Part shown: positions 22,555 through 35,580 of the stretch, piece by piece
Layout of the letters: each line of letters starts with the position of its first letter
Numbering within the stretch: position 1 is the stretch's first letter
NCBI GenBank assembly: GCA_964187785.1
Contig: OZ076413.1
Location: 25,420,001 to 25,484,000 of the forward strand
Reading direction: 5' to 3'
Origin: Amphiscolops sp. MND2022
Taxonomy: Eukaryota
DNA length: 64,000 nucleotides
The notes under the pieces: model-generated
Databases searched by the model: none
What the model saw: only the letters and a program-made list of their open reading frames with translations
Told to the model about the DNA's origin: nothing
Made by a program: the position numbers and the translations under genes

Positions 22555-25499
22555 TATTTGTGATAACATTCTTGTGATAACGTTTTGGAAGAAGGTTATA
22601 CAAACGTTACGTAATAGATTCGACACGAAGATGACAGAATTGAACGGAAAAAACACGCAGCGAGAACCTAGTACAATACAACTCCACCGGCACTAGGCTT
22701 TATTGACTGACAAAAATGCAGCGGTCAAAGTGACAAAGCAGTGACTTTTTTTCAGTGACAAAGTAGCCTATTGCACAAATCCTAATTCATTTGCCTTCTT
22801 TCCTTCTAGTGGGAACTGCTGTTATCCAGGTTTGATCCTCAGCATACCCTAAATCTTTAGTAGCATTTTTGCAAAGACTATTTTTTGCAAAGTGACAAAT
22901 TAACAAGAAAACGCATTTTTTCAACATGTGTGCATTCATTCATGGTCATACGTGAATAATGTTTGCATGATTTCAAAACACAAAAGGAGTTGAAAATGAA
23001 CAATCGAACAACAGTCACGATGATTCAATGGTTCAAGAGTTGTTCAAACGGCTGTTGTCTTGGCTCGACCAAAGTCTACAAATTGACGAAAGTTTACAAG
23101 ATTGAATTGATGATGTATAGTATGACGACAGTGATGACGTAGAATCTGAAAGGAATAATAATTGCAGTATTTCGATGAAACCGTTTGAGTTTGAATAACC
23201 TAACTTCCAATACGCTTTAACTATGTTGCTGGTTTTTGTTCTTTTGCTGGTTTTGCCGTTTCAAGCCGGGGTACTATTCCAAACGGTGGAGCAAGCGTTT
23301 TTACAGTCTCTAAAACTTGCAGGCCATTTTTTTAATGGAAGAAATTTTGATTAAAAAGTGTGGTCGGAGTAGACATGCTACGCTAGTCATGTTGGAGGAG
23401 AGAATATTGCACTGAAGACTGCTGCAATATCGCTGAACAGGGGAGGAGTTGAAGGCATCAACAATCACCGTGATATCTGTTCCATAACCCAAGAACGCGC
23501 AACCGGTTACTCCAACCAGACCTTGAATAAAACATTCGCTGCAGGTTTTCTATTGGAAAGTGACATTGACTACGTCTGCACCAGGGCAAAATATTGAAGT
23601 GAATTCGAAAGGCTTTTGTTTTAACTGAATTCATTTCCAAGGGGCTTTCAATCTGTCAAGAGACTGTTCTGGCTTGCCAATCCCACCATCGTTTGAGCTC
23701 AGAAACAACCCTTGAGAAAATGCAGTACGTTTTCATGAGGACTTGGAAATCGTTTGATGTAAAATTTACATGTTTTTTACTACTGTTTAAAATATCCAGT
23801 TCTCTGGATGAAATTTTGGCTTGGACTGATAGCGGTTGCTGTACGGAAACTACTGTAAAATCATCACCAGCGTCCCAACAAAATTTTACTCCAGTGTGGC
23901 ATTCAGGAAATTCTCCTTAGACGTTCCTTCCTCTCTCCATATGAAAGCTGTGAAAAAATATGAACGAGGTATTTTAGAAAACTCTTTCCTAATATTTTTG
24001 CAGAAAAATATCTATTCGTTTATCATTTCGCTATAACTTTTTTGCTCTTACAAAAACATCAAGAAATAAACGTATCAACACCTTTCCAATAGAAACGTTA
24101 TTTAAAAAGAGAATCTATTTTGAGTATTAGGTTCTTCAGAAATCAATATACCTTTTAGATTATAATTTAGTACTCAACTTTCAATGAAGTACTTACTTTT
24201 TTCAAAAAAAATATCGAATAATTAAATAATTGAACCTTTAGTACTACAAATTTTTCAACTTGGTAGCATCAACTTTCCCTATGAATGATTACCATACCTT
24301 GAATTTTTTGAATAAACATGAATAATGAACCAGTCCGTTATGCAAGTGGAAAATTTTGTGAAAGTTTCTAAATTGGTTTGATTTTAAACCCTTGAAGTTC
24401 ATGTTGAAAGCGAAACTGTCTCTTAATCGGAATTGAAATGTTTAGTGCTTTTAGGATTTTGATGAAGCTCATTTCACAGCTTTTGAAAAGACTTTATGTA
24501 GTAGCAAACTAGATCTCTTGAACAATGTGGAGGCGAGGACCATATTAAAGCGAGGAACACTTTGCGAATCTGATTTTTTTCCATTCCTCGAGCATAATTT
24601 GAGATTTTCAAATTCTGTGTTGTTGTTGTTGATGATATGCTTGACGTTAATCAGAGGTTGACAGATCAGTTTCCTCTACCTGATACCATCCACCCGAACG
24701 AAGAATCAGAAACAACACAAATGCCATTTCTTCCGGGAAACCCTGAAAGACGTTGAAAATAACTTTTGGAATAGAACGGGCTGGAGAAGAACTTATTCAA
24801 GGTAGAATGTTTTGAAAAGATCATCTAGCTGTAAAACCAAAAAACTTTCTCCAAATACTAAACCAATCCAAAATAAATGGGGTATCTTTTTGTTAAACAA
24901 AAAGATTTTTATGTTTTAATAATGAACGCTTCCATTCTTTGAAGTTGTGGAATCTCGCGTTCTCCCTTCATGTTACTCTATAACCGTTTTATACAATTCA
25001 AAATGTTTTAAGAGTCGCAAGGAAAAAATCATGACTTTGAGTTTTGGTCGTTCCTTTAATCGAGTTCTTTCGAATGTTGTACCTTTTTTTCCGTTACGAC
25101 TCTCTAACTTCTGTTTTCCGAGGTTCAATCTCCAATTTTTTGTTTCGTTCTGGAACAAAGTTCCTATTCTTGTCCCTCAAAAAAAAAGAAAGACTGGGTA
25201 TTCAAATCCTTTCGTGTTAGCGGTTTCAAAAGATCATAATCGAAGGTTCTCTGATGGTTTGGGTTGAAATGATATTTATTTTAATTTGTGAAATTTAAGA
25301 TGACTGAGAGTGGCAATCAATACTTGAATATTCAAAAACTATTTTGACAATTGAAGAGTCAACCATATTCAAGCTCGTTGAAAGGTAAAAATTTCCTGAG
25401 ATTTTTTTTTCAATTTCGTCAGTTGATATCTGTGAAGTACTGTGTTACAGTAAAAACAGAATGAATCCTCTGTCGCTTCTCGAGTTAAACGGGAATCAC

Positions 25500-28400
25500 T
25501 ACAACTACAGGTTGTGTGGTATAAGCAAAAGTTCAATGATAATTTTTGGAGAACCAACAAAATCAGATTTCAATGACTTCTACTAGCTAATGGCTCTTTA
25601 TATAATCAAGTTTTCCAGAATCGTGTGCGATTGCAGCTATTATGTTATGTTTTTCGAATGCGTTCTCTGCCTATAAAAGTGAATTTTTTAAGCCCTTCTC
25701 GATTCTTGGTATTTCCGTTCTAACAAATTCAAAAGCTTTTACCAAACTTCAGAAAATGTCGCTTGACTTGTTTGATCAAAAACAATGAGTGTTTGATATA
25801 TTGATTTGTAAAAGTTCCTCTGAAACGTTTTTTTGCTTTGCTATTTTTTTATGAAAGGACCATGAAGTTGAAGTTATTGAAGTTAGAAGTCAAACAAATC
25901 AAAGACGTTTGTTTTGAAAAATACAAAGCTCTTTCATTGTAAATAAAGCTTCCATACTGTTTCTTGGTTTCTGTAAACGTCGATCAACCTAATCAAAAAA
26001 GATTTTGTTTCATATTTGAAATCTAATGGAAAATTACAAAACCTCCAGAAAATTGAACGCTGTAGTCGAAATGCTGTGATATCTGCTTCTTGAGCAAAGG
26101 AAAGAGGTTGCTGCTTCGGAAACGGTGTTCTTTGTTTCGTTATTCAAAAAGTAGTCAAATCAGTTCGTTTTTATTTTATTGGTATGAACATATTTTAAAA
26201 AGAATCAATTTTAATTGGTAAACCACCACCTTCGACTGAATTTATTCAGTTCAAAAGGTAAAACAATAAAAACAGTTTCATTCTTTGAAGTTAAGTTGCT
26301 GTTACTTTTGATTCTAAAACGTTTCAAAAAAAAACATTGCAAAGATTATTCAGATTTTAAATCTAAGGTTTAACACCTGTTTGCAGTATTTAATAGTATG
26401 TTTGGCTTAGTCCAAAAACAACAAAGTGTTGTTCGATTGAACGAGTTTTAGGGTGTTGGCTCTTTAGTGATTCTGTAAAATGTGCTATATACTTCATATT
26501 CTGTGAATTTCATATTCTCTGACCCTTTTCTCTGAGAATCAAATTTGGTATCAAATTTGAAGGATTCATTATTTGATTTTTTTCAAAATAATTGTTTCAA
26601 CACTTTTTCCTCTATCTGGAAGAATAGTTTATCAAGATGTGTACGCAACAGAAGTTTTGAAGTCAATTGAAAAGACCAAACAAACAACAAGTATATTGAG
26701 AAGCACAGTGACTATACCGTACATGTTTTAACAACGAAAAACATGCTGCGTTTGGGATATTTTATCCTGTTATTAAAAAAAGATTCAAACCAGTTAAGGT
26801 CATAAACTCCTGCGTCGAACAATTTTGTAGAAGAGAAACTTTCAGATGTTAATTCAAAACTGTTTACTAACTTAATCATTTCAAAAGATAAACTTTCAAT
26901 ACTCAGTTTTTCTAATGCTTCAAAATCGTTTCTGTTTAATTTATCATGATTCAAAAATATATCTACCTTCTCTTGTGTTGTAGATTTTATGCATGTTTCT
27001 ATGCAAGTAATTCCAAGTTCACCACGTTGTTCATCGGTTGAACATTTTTGCAGGGTGTTTAATTTCTGAGGTTTTGTAAACTGTGTTATCGGTTTAGTAA
27101 GGTTTTACCGCAATCAATTAATTTTCTGCGAAAATAGGGATTGCGTCTAATGAACAACTTTGTTGTTATTTTTTCGAATATTTTTTGAAAATCTTTCACT
27201 TTGTTAGATGAACCGTTGATAGTTTTTCCAGATTTTTTGATTTGTCAGTGGTCTACGTCTTGTTTCACACACAACTTAATCTCACCGTCTGATTCTCGAA
27301 GGTCTTTTATTCAATGAAGATCATGCATCTATAATGACTCCTTCAATCAATAACTTTCTTGAATCATAACGAGTTTGATTCATCATTGCATCAAAAGTGA
27401 GGTCAAGCACTATTACATTAGAGTGCATAGGCAAGCTTAATTTGCTCAAAGCGCAATTTGTGCTTTCAATACCTCGGATTCCACGACCAAACCTTTAACC
27501 GTGGAAAATTGACAAATTACGTCATAAGTCCCGGATTCCACAAACAAGCATTCCACAGACAAGCAGCGGAATTTTCGTGTCGCGGATTCCACGACAACCA
27601 TTAAAATAGCTTGCCTATGCACTGTAATGTATCTCATCACTGTTATGGCTGGCAATCAACAATTCCACCTCTCCTAATTTTGTATCTGCACTAAATGAAG
27701 TTCTAGACTCGTTTTGGAAATCTTTTGAAAATTTTCCAAACTACCTGAAAGGTGGATTAAAACAAAACTTTTACAACTCACTTAATCACATTCTATCTGA
27801 TTGGTTATTAGGTCAATCAAAATTGTAACAATCGTTGATTTCGAAAGAGAACATTACCTGCGCAAAACGTCGAGAACGGAACAGTCTCAAATATGGAAGT
27901 TTCAAAATCATGGACTTTGATACATCTCAATAGCTCAACAACGAAAGGGTCAACTTCCAGTTCAATCCGTCACACAATAATTTTTACGAGTATTGAACCG
28001 GAGATGAAGTAAAGATTTCCAAAGAAATGTTACAGCCGATGTCAATTTTACATTCGGGAACATTTATTTCAGACCAAATGGTAATCATGATAAGTTTCAC
28101 TTTATCCTGAGAGGAGTTGCTTTCTTTTGGTTGTATCCAAGTTAGTTTCACTTATCTATGAATCTCGATAACAGAATTAAACTTCGAATATCACTTCCAA
28201 AAAGTTGTCAACGCTGTCGGAACTGCTCGGACTTCATAGAAAAACGTTATCAGCTACGAAAAAATATTTTTTCGAAATTTTTCTTGAAAAGAGAAAGTTT
28301 GCTAATGTTCCGGTTTTGTCGGCTGATTGTCCTCCAGAGGAGAAAAGCACGACTATAACAGTGACAAATTTTTCTCTTCTTCTGTCAAAGAATGAATGCG

Positions 28401-29262
28401 TAGTGCACACTTTTTATAGAACTACTAAACTACAGGACCGGCAAGCGAAAACGCATCTAAAATAGGGCAAAGGCTCCCCTTTCACTTATTCTTTGTTTAA
28501 ACGTAACAACGTAAAAAACAATCCGGATGAGACTGTAAGGTCCGCTCTTCGAAATTTTTCGGCACTGCGCGACTTTTTTTTAAAGTTTTCTTTCGTCTCC
28601 AATGGTCCCCTTTCATTTTTTTGTTATTTCGCAACAAGCTGTTGTTTAAAAAGCCCAAAGTGTCTTCCTTTTTAAATGTTTCGGCACTTTGAGACTGTTT
28701 CAAAAATTTTTTCATTTCAGCAATTAAGTTTTGTCGATATATACCCACAAATATTTTTCTCGAAACTTTTCAAAACTTTTACGTTTTAGTCGAAGTAATT
28801 TGGGTTTTATTGAGGGGGAAGAGGCGTATGATCAATCTTTTTGAGCTTCAGGATTAGCGCCGATTTTACACGCTGTTATCCATTACGCAAATGAAGGTAA
28901 CTTCAGGGATTTTTTATCCATAGAAATCACGCATCATTAAAGGTCACTAACATGAAGTAGAAGCACATTCTTTTCAACGTTGGTAGATGAAAGCACTTTT
29001 TTTGACCCATTTCCTTTTATCCCGGCCGCAATTTCCAATCCTAACAAACTACTCCTTCTATTTTTCCTATTAGATTCCAGCACGCAAAGGTAAGGAATTT
29101 TCCTTTCATTGCCTGGAATATCAACAAAAAACTTCCAGGCTCGTATTTTCAAGGTTGTGTAATTTTGTTTCGGGTTCTAGTCAGCTCTCTGCGAGTCAGA
29201 ATATTTGACGTTCGGTCTTCGTGTCGCAATCATGACATTTAATGCCACGTACATTTACTACT
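25500..29262 (-). repeat. Long inverted repeat arm M2
   Basis: Reverse complement of M1. Lacks the 500-bp segment, has a ~58-bp deletion after the first 23 terminal bases, and has lost its inner ~80 bp plus adjacent core sequence. Hosts a MITE. Confidence 0.9.
27416..27629. mobile_element. 214-bp MITE with TA TSD (Tc1/mariner-type target)
   Basis: TIRs CATTAGAGTGCATAGGCAAGCT / AGCTTGCCTATGCACTGTAATG with TA on both sides. The empty site CACTATTATCTCATC is present in the paralogous arm at ~47316-47330. Internal GGATTCCAC motifs. Confidence 0.85.
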
Positions 29263-29689
29263 AATCGGTTTTTTCTTGTTTCAAAAATTCAACTAGTGCT
29301 CACGTTCCGCTGCGCCCACCCAAACAGAAACTCCGCCCACCCGTTGGAAAAATCCTACAACCTGGTGCCGCTCCAAGGAAGTTCAAGGAGAATGCCTGCG
29401 GACAAAATCGAAGGCACTAACCAAAAATTCTGGAGTTTCTGGCGGTGGGGCTAAACAGCTTTGTCTTTCAGTATGGGATTGTAGAAATGAAATGTTCATA
29501 ATAAAACAGTGAAATGCGTTGAATAATGCTACCAGCAAAAGTAGGCTTCCCTTACCGCGCATCGTAGAGAGCCTCAGCCGGCTAGTTTATATTACAGTAA
29601 CACCGATTTGAACCGACCGTTTCAGCTAATCAGCTGTAGCCCTGCCATTGACGACATATGCCATGGCCTCTGCTTGACGCAGTTGTGTT

Positions 29690-30125
29690 TTGGTAAACAA
29701 AGAGGTTACCAATTTGTTTTTAGTCGGTGCTTCATGAAGTGAACTTCGACTATTATATTGACTTTTTCAATCTTCACGAACTGACCAAAAAAGTTCTTCA
29801 AAATTCTACAAAAATTTATGGTGTCAAACTGAATCTTTTGGCCTAGGGAACTGAACCAAAAAAGTTTTTGTTTTTTCCACGTAACTTACAATACCGCACG
29901 AGACACCTTTAAATTTTTTGCGGCATTGTGAGACTTTTTTCCGAATTTTTTCACAAAAGGGTCCCCTTCAATTTATTTGATTTTTCGCGACAGAATGGAT
30001 GTTGAAATATCCAAAAGGGCGCTGCCAATTCGATCCAACGTTTCGGTTTGTCGGGTACTGTAAAACAAAATTTGACCTTTTGGAATCCTTTTGCTATTTT
30101 TGAGCGTTCAATATGGCGCCAACCT
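29690..30125 (-). repeat. Dispersed MITE-like repeat family member
   Basis: Shares GGCGCCATA..(A/G)GCTCAAAAA, AAAAAGTC.CA.A.TGCC..AAAA, GGGGACCC and GCCGACTAAAAAC blocks with 35250-35580. Internal blocks also occur inside the long TIR arms (~19615-19680). Confidence 0.5.
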
Positions 30126-30269
30126 TCTGACTTTGAAAATTCTGTAATGGCGCCATAAATTTTGACATTTCAGAATGTGATTCTGACTTTACTTTGTTCT
30201 TCAAAAACACTTTTTAACCTGCTTTCAACTATAAAATATTTCATCTACCCTGGTTGAAAAAATGCATTT

Positions 30270-30450
30270 CTTTCAAGGATCTTGCAAAATTTTCTTGCAA
30301 GGTCTTGCAAGTTAATGCATTTCTCTGCAAGAAATTTGGAAGTATCTTGTAAGGAGAATAGTTTCCTTGCAAGATTATTCAAGAAGAAAAGTTTCCTTGT
30401 AAGGTTCTTTCAAAGACAAAAAGATCATTGTATGATTATTGTAAGGAACA
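30270..30450. repeat. Degenerate CTTGCAAG-core tandem array
   Basis: Repeated CTTGCAAG / CTTGTAAG units at roughly 10-30-bp spacing. Confidence 0.6.
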
Positions 30451-30599
30451 CATTTCAAATTCGACAATTGCATGGCTACTCTACCGAGTGCAGTCTGTGA
30501 AACTTTTTTGCAATCTTAGTGAAACTTTTGCAAAATTGACAACTTGAACATTTGCACAATATTTGCACATCGAAATTGACGACCATTTGCTTTCAGAAG

Positions 30600-31100
30600 A
30601 AACCTCGAGGTCGTTACACTCCTTTAAAAGTTATACGTTCTCACGAGTAAACAATGTCCTTGCATGATTTTGGAAGGACAATATTTCCCTGGATCTTTTG
30701 CCAAAAGTTTTCGTATTTTTGAGAAGGATCTTTCGATTCGTGCATCTGACGCTGGACATTTCTGCAAAAGGGCATATTCTGCTTAGACGACCTGTGCTTA
30801 TTTTTTTTGGAATTCACTTCGACCGATTGACTCAGCGATCCGACATCATTGCTTTTCACTTGGTAAATCCTTCTTAAATACTTGGAATAGTTTCATTTCG
30901 TTAATCTTCCATAGGGGAATATCACACTTGAGACACATTTTCACGATATTCAAATCGAAATCTTGGGTTGGAGTAAAGAAACTTTCAATATTCATATTAG
31001 TTTGAGTATGATTCAAGTGGCTATTGCTTTTGCTTTTTGTAAAGTAAAATGGGCAATTCGAGGATTTTAAAGCATGTCTTTCGAAGCTTGAGTCGAACAA
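30600..31100 (-). pseudogene. Degenerate hAT/CGGBP1-like transposase fragment
   Basis: DFDLNIVKMCLKCDIPLWKIN...DLPSEKQ*CRIAESIG resembles the IPL.K.N...LPS..TLR segment that precedes the first catalytic Asp in this group. Judged by eye only. Confidence 0.35.
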
Positions 31101-32719
31101 GGTAAGTTATAACAGGATAAATTAGTTTCAACCAAGCTTCAGTGACTACGGAAGGACAACAATGCTAGCTTGATTGCGATTTTCGTGAGTTAGCGCGAAA
31201 GTGGCTGGCTGAATAATGCCATTGTGATTTCATGAAAACTGAAATCAGTAGTTGCCATGGCGAGTTGCTTTGAGTTTTTCAGCAAAGTCGGGTCCTAAAT
31301 AACCACGAAATATAATAATATATTTTACTAATTGGGGGGGGTTCGAAGCCCCGATCTCTTAGCCCGAATGAAAACGGGGACTTGTGGTGACTTCTGAACG
31401 CAACAAATGCGGCCTTAGTGCACTGCAGAAAAACACTGATTGACAGGGACTACAAAGCAACCCTGAAAGGAGTATTTTTGGAACTTTTTCCTATTCCCCG
31501 CACAATTCTGGATAATATTGTTTCAATTATTTTGCTGTCAATTGGATTTCCAATGAGACACAGGAAAAGATTTGCTAGAAGAAATAATAAACGATTTAGC
31601 CAAATATGACCCTTTATGTTGATTTTTTTTCTTTGAAAGTGTTGTGAAAACGAAAAAGAGCCAATTTTTTTAATTGAGCCATTTACCATGCGATTGCCGA
31701 AATATATGTAACTTTCAACTGAAGTGAAGCAGGGTAACATGCGTTTGTTGAAACACAGCGAGTGTTGGTTGCACTCATGCACTTGCACACTCGGGCATGA
31801 ATGGTAAAACAATGTAGTGTAAAGAAGAATGAAATTGTCCACCACGCGGGCAAACATGGTGCTCTGGAGCTGGAAATGTATAATTGGGTGAGCCTCATAT
31901 TACGAACTATATTCGATCCGCTATTTTGGGAGGTTTGCGCTGATCTTCTGCTGGATCGTTTCCTTTTCCCGACTTCTTGTGGACATCTTGAAGCAGATAT
32001 ATTTGTTTCGAAAAGTGTATTTCAAATTTAATTTTTGAATTTTGCGCTTTACAAGATATATTGAATTGAAATTGAAAGCAACGGAGGGTCGCAGATTGAA
32101 ACACAAATTGAATGAATAAGTTTACAAGCACAAGCTGAATATATCATCCTAGCATCATCTGTTCATTTCCGCGTACCTTTATTTCAATCAAGATATTAGT
32201 CACTTTCTGTAATTTTGCGGCAAAATTTATTAAGTGTTTCGATCTACGTTAGCATTTCGTCAATTTTTGTGTTATATAGATAGTTAGATTGATATCAGTC
32301 ATCACCCAGTGCCAAATCATTTCATTCCGGCGTCTTTTTATTCCCTCCCAAACAGGAAGTAAATTTTACATCTTGGGAAATGGTGACTAATTATCTTATC
32401 TTGATTTAGGCAATTTGGTGATGCTAATAGAGGGGCCTGGTACTGATTTACATGAGGTTAAACAATCAAACGTGTCAACAACTAACAATTATTTATTTAA
32501 TTAAAACTAAGAGAAACACTTTCGAGCAACATTAAAGGACGACGTGACATCATCAAACAGCATATGAACTTATGAAACATACGTTTGATATCCTGCATAG
32601 ACTTCGCTTTATTAGCACAAATTGTAATAAACTGTGACTCTCCAATGCAATTCGTGTTAAAACACTGTTATTTTAGGTTATTCTGAAAAATGCTGGCCTA
32701 AATACCATATTCCACTAAT

Positions 32720-33300
32720 CTTAGTCGACGCTATACTGACGTAGAATTAGGTTTTTTTTAAATTTCTAATTCATTAGTTGACCTAGCGTTGACATAGATC
32801 CAAAATGTGGCGTAATTACTTACTTTGTGACGTAGTTTTGACGTATATTCAAGTTCAGTCGTAGCTAGCAGTTTCTGCTGACGTTAATTCAAAATCTGGC
32901 CTAGTTAGTTATTTTGCGACGTAGTGTTGACGTTGATTCATATTCTAGCTTCGATTAGTGTTTCCGTAGTAAAATTATGCTTCTTTCAAATTTAATACTG
33001 ACTGAAATGCTCACTCGGATAAGTTTGCGACTTAGTGTTGACCAATACTTTTGAATGAAATCTAGCTAGCTGCCGTAGCTGTGACGTAGTGTTGACACAA
33101 ATATGGAATGAAATCTAGCTAACTGCTTTTGTGGTACCGTGACGTAACGTTACGGCTGCCGAGGCTGCCAAGTTTGTGACGTAGCGTTGATGTAAAATAT
33201 ACTTTTAGCACTGGTTTGATTGGCTGAGGATACGATGACGTAGATTAAAGTCTTTTTGAGTAATTGAGTCACGACGTCTAAAACTATCACGGCTTACTTC
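32720..33300. repeat. Degenerate minisatellite, core GACGTAGTGTTGAC
   Basis: About 10 variants of TGACGTAG(T/C)GTTGAC with associated TCTAGCTAG blocks, at irregular ~45-70-bp spacing. Confidence 0.6.
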
Positions 33301-35249
33301 CAGATATTTAAATTTAGTTTGGTTTCAGTTAAACCCAGTCCGGACTTGGACTGTGACAGGACCACTGTCATGGGACAAAGGTTTCTCGTGGGGTTGATAA
33401 AATATAACAAAGGATTTTGTGTTTTGTATATTACGACTGTTCCTGTACACGAAAATTTTCAGGTTCAGAATTGGAGAATGATTGTTTGTCAGTAGTTGTC
33501 AATACATTTTGTTGCTTTAATTCTAAAATGTTCATCAGCAGCCGGAGTTTCATTCTTTTGCGGCGTCTCTTCCCTATGATATGTTTCTGTTGTATTTCAC
33601 AGGAAAAAGATTAAAACACTACCGTCGTCGCTATGTATGACCGGTTATGTATGTAGTTATTTTGGAATGTTTTAAGTTCTGAAGTCATTCATAATTTAGA
33701 AATTTACCTTTTGATGGTCTCAACTGGTCACATTTTATTTCAGTTTAATAATATAGTCTAACTGTTTTCATATTGCATCCATGACTAAGGTCAAACGGCA
33801 CCTCTTGGCAAACACAATCCAGGGCGGGCGCGGACTGTGACACCTCAGTTACCATATATGGTGCCTTATAATATCTCTATCGAAGTGAGTTTTTTTGCAC
33901 ATGACTAAAAATAGCTTACACTCAGCCATTGTCGTTTTTGATGTGGAAGTTCAGATGATACGCTCCGCAAAAGGGGTTATCTAAGCTCTATGGGGCTGGG
34001 TGCATACATGAGGCAGAAAGTCCACTGCGACCACTCAATACCGCATCACCCAATAGCATCAAATTGTAGCGGTCCTGTCTGAGAAAATTTTATCCTGGCA
34101 ATGAAATCGGTTCTGGAAAAATGGGCGAAAAAAACATGTCTTTCACCTTTCTTTTTCTGTCGGAAGTATCTAGGGAATTTGAATGCGCTTGGCTCCACCA
34201 CGCTTGCCAACGAAACAAGTAATGAGTACTCTTACTGGAACAGGACCTGTGCTAGTCGGTCAGAGAAGGCATTACTACCACAACTGACGACTGGTTAACA
34301 GAATCTTTCAAATTCTGAACCAAGATACACCAACTGTGGGGTCGAATGGTCCTGCAGCACCTATCAAAAACCCAACTTCCACCAATGCATGGGAGGAGAG
34401 AGTGAGAGATCTTGAGATTCCGGTAGTTCTCTCAGCTCACTAAACTGAAATGGGGATCAGTGTATCCCCATAATTCAGCTTCCCGGGTGAGAATGATTTT
34501 GCCCTCTGGGTTGTCAGCTTCGTTGCTGTTTGATTCGGCGTTGGCTAGTTCCACATATTTACCAATTATAGGGATCAAGCTGAAACTGGCATATTAGCTT
34601 GGCCGACGGAGACCGAAGTTGCAGATTTGACTTCCTACCTCCAGCTGCAGCGAAAAGACCACGCTGGCTCGAATGTGAGCTCTATGCGCGACGAAATTCA
34701 TCGAGGTACATCGACCCGAACGGGACAAGCTGAAGTAAATCTAGGGGACAACATAGGGGACGCCCGTCAAGCATTCAATTTCCAGTAACCAAGAACCCTA
34801 GTAATGTAACCTTTTTCCGCGACTACTTAGACGATGGATTTGTTACTAGTAGCAATTACAGATCGGATAGTGCAATGGATGTCGCCTTCGAAAGATCTCC
34901 AAAAGTACATTTTTCGTGCAAAGTGTCATGGGCGTTCAGTGTCCATTACGATACATATGCCGCAAAAGTGGATATTATTATCAAGTGTAAAGTGTTGTTC
35001 CGTAAAACGAGAGCGAACCATATTCTAGTCAATAAGTGCGGTGTGTTCATCGTGCATTTTGATCAGTGTAGTGAGAAATGCTGACTTTGATCATTGAGCA
35101 TAATTAGAGAAACGTTATTAGTCAAGAATGTTCAACTTGAAATTGGTTCAATTTCGTAACAAGTATGAAGCGTAAATTAGTCAACCTTTGACTAATATTA
35201 GGTTTTTGAGTATTTAGAAAATTCATTCAATTAACAAGCCGGGAACGGC

Positions 35250-35580
35250 TCAAGTCGGCGCCATATCTAAGGCTCAAAAAGACTCGGAAACCACTTTTTC
35301 TACAACTGGAGACAACAAAAGCTCTCAAAAAACAAAATTGAGAAAAAAAAATCCGAATTTTTTTTGAAAATTTTTTTTTCGAAGTTTCCGGTAAGTCGCA
35401 TAGTGCCAAAAAATGTAAAAGGGGGGACGCTTTTTATCTCATATTAGACGCTTTGGATGCGTTGAAAATGAAGTACTAAGTACATATGGTAAAAGTTGGT
35501 AAATGTGCATTAATTGCATTAATGCACAAAAAGTGGACGTTACGCTTTGAACTGACGCCGACTAAAAACGGGGAAAGTAG
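35250..35580 (+). repeat. Dispersed MITE-like repeat family member
   Basis: AAGTCGGCGCC at the left end and GACGCCGACT at the right end (imperfect inverted ends). Homologous to the reverse complement of 29690-30125. Confidence 0.5.

Larger units (their letters stand above)
18376..29262. mobile_element. Non-autonomous element with Polinton/Maverick-type termini and ~4-kb inverted repeats, left copy
   Basis: Starts AGTAGTAAATGTACGTGGCATTA at 18376 and ends with its exact reverse complement at 29262. Perfect 6-bp TSD AATCGG at 18370-18375 and 29263-29268. Arms 18376-~22554 and ~25500-29262 are inverted homologues around a ~3-kb core. Confidence 0.8.

Noticed and set aside
23700-23930. PC4-like ssDNA-binding resemblance in the core peptide
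   Set aside because: Only a vague pattern; the key residues are not convincingly present.
24615-24645. VVVDD as Walker B of a Polinton packaging ATPase
   Set aside because: No upstream Walker A, and it lies in a TTG/GAT low-complexity stretch.
31450-31857. 135-aa minus-strand ORF with hydrophobic end
   Set aside because: No motif, splice structure or second copy to support it.
32720-33300. CRISPR-like array
   Set aside because: Eukaryotic context, irregular unit length, spacers are themselves related, and there are no cas genes.
34815-34845. YLDD motif suggesting a reverse transcriptase
   Set aside because: Isolated tetrapeptide with no other RT motifs in frame nearby.
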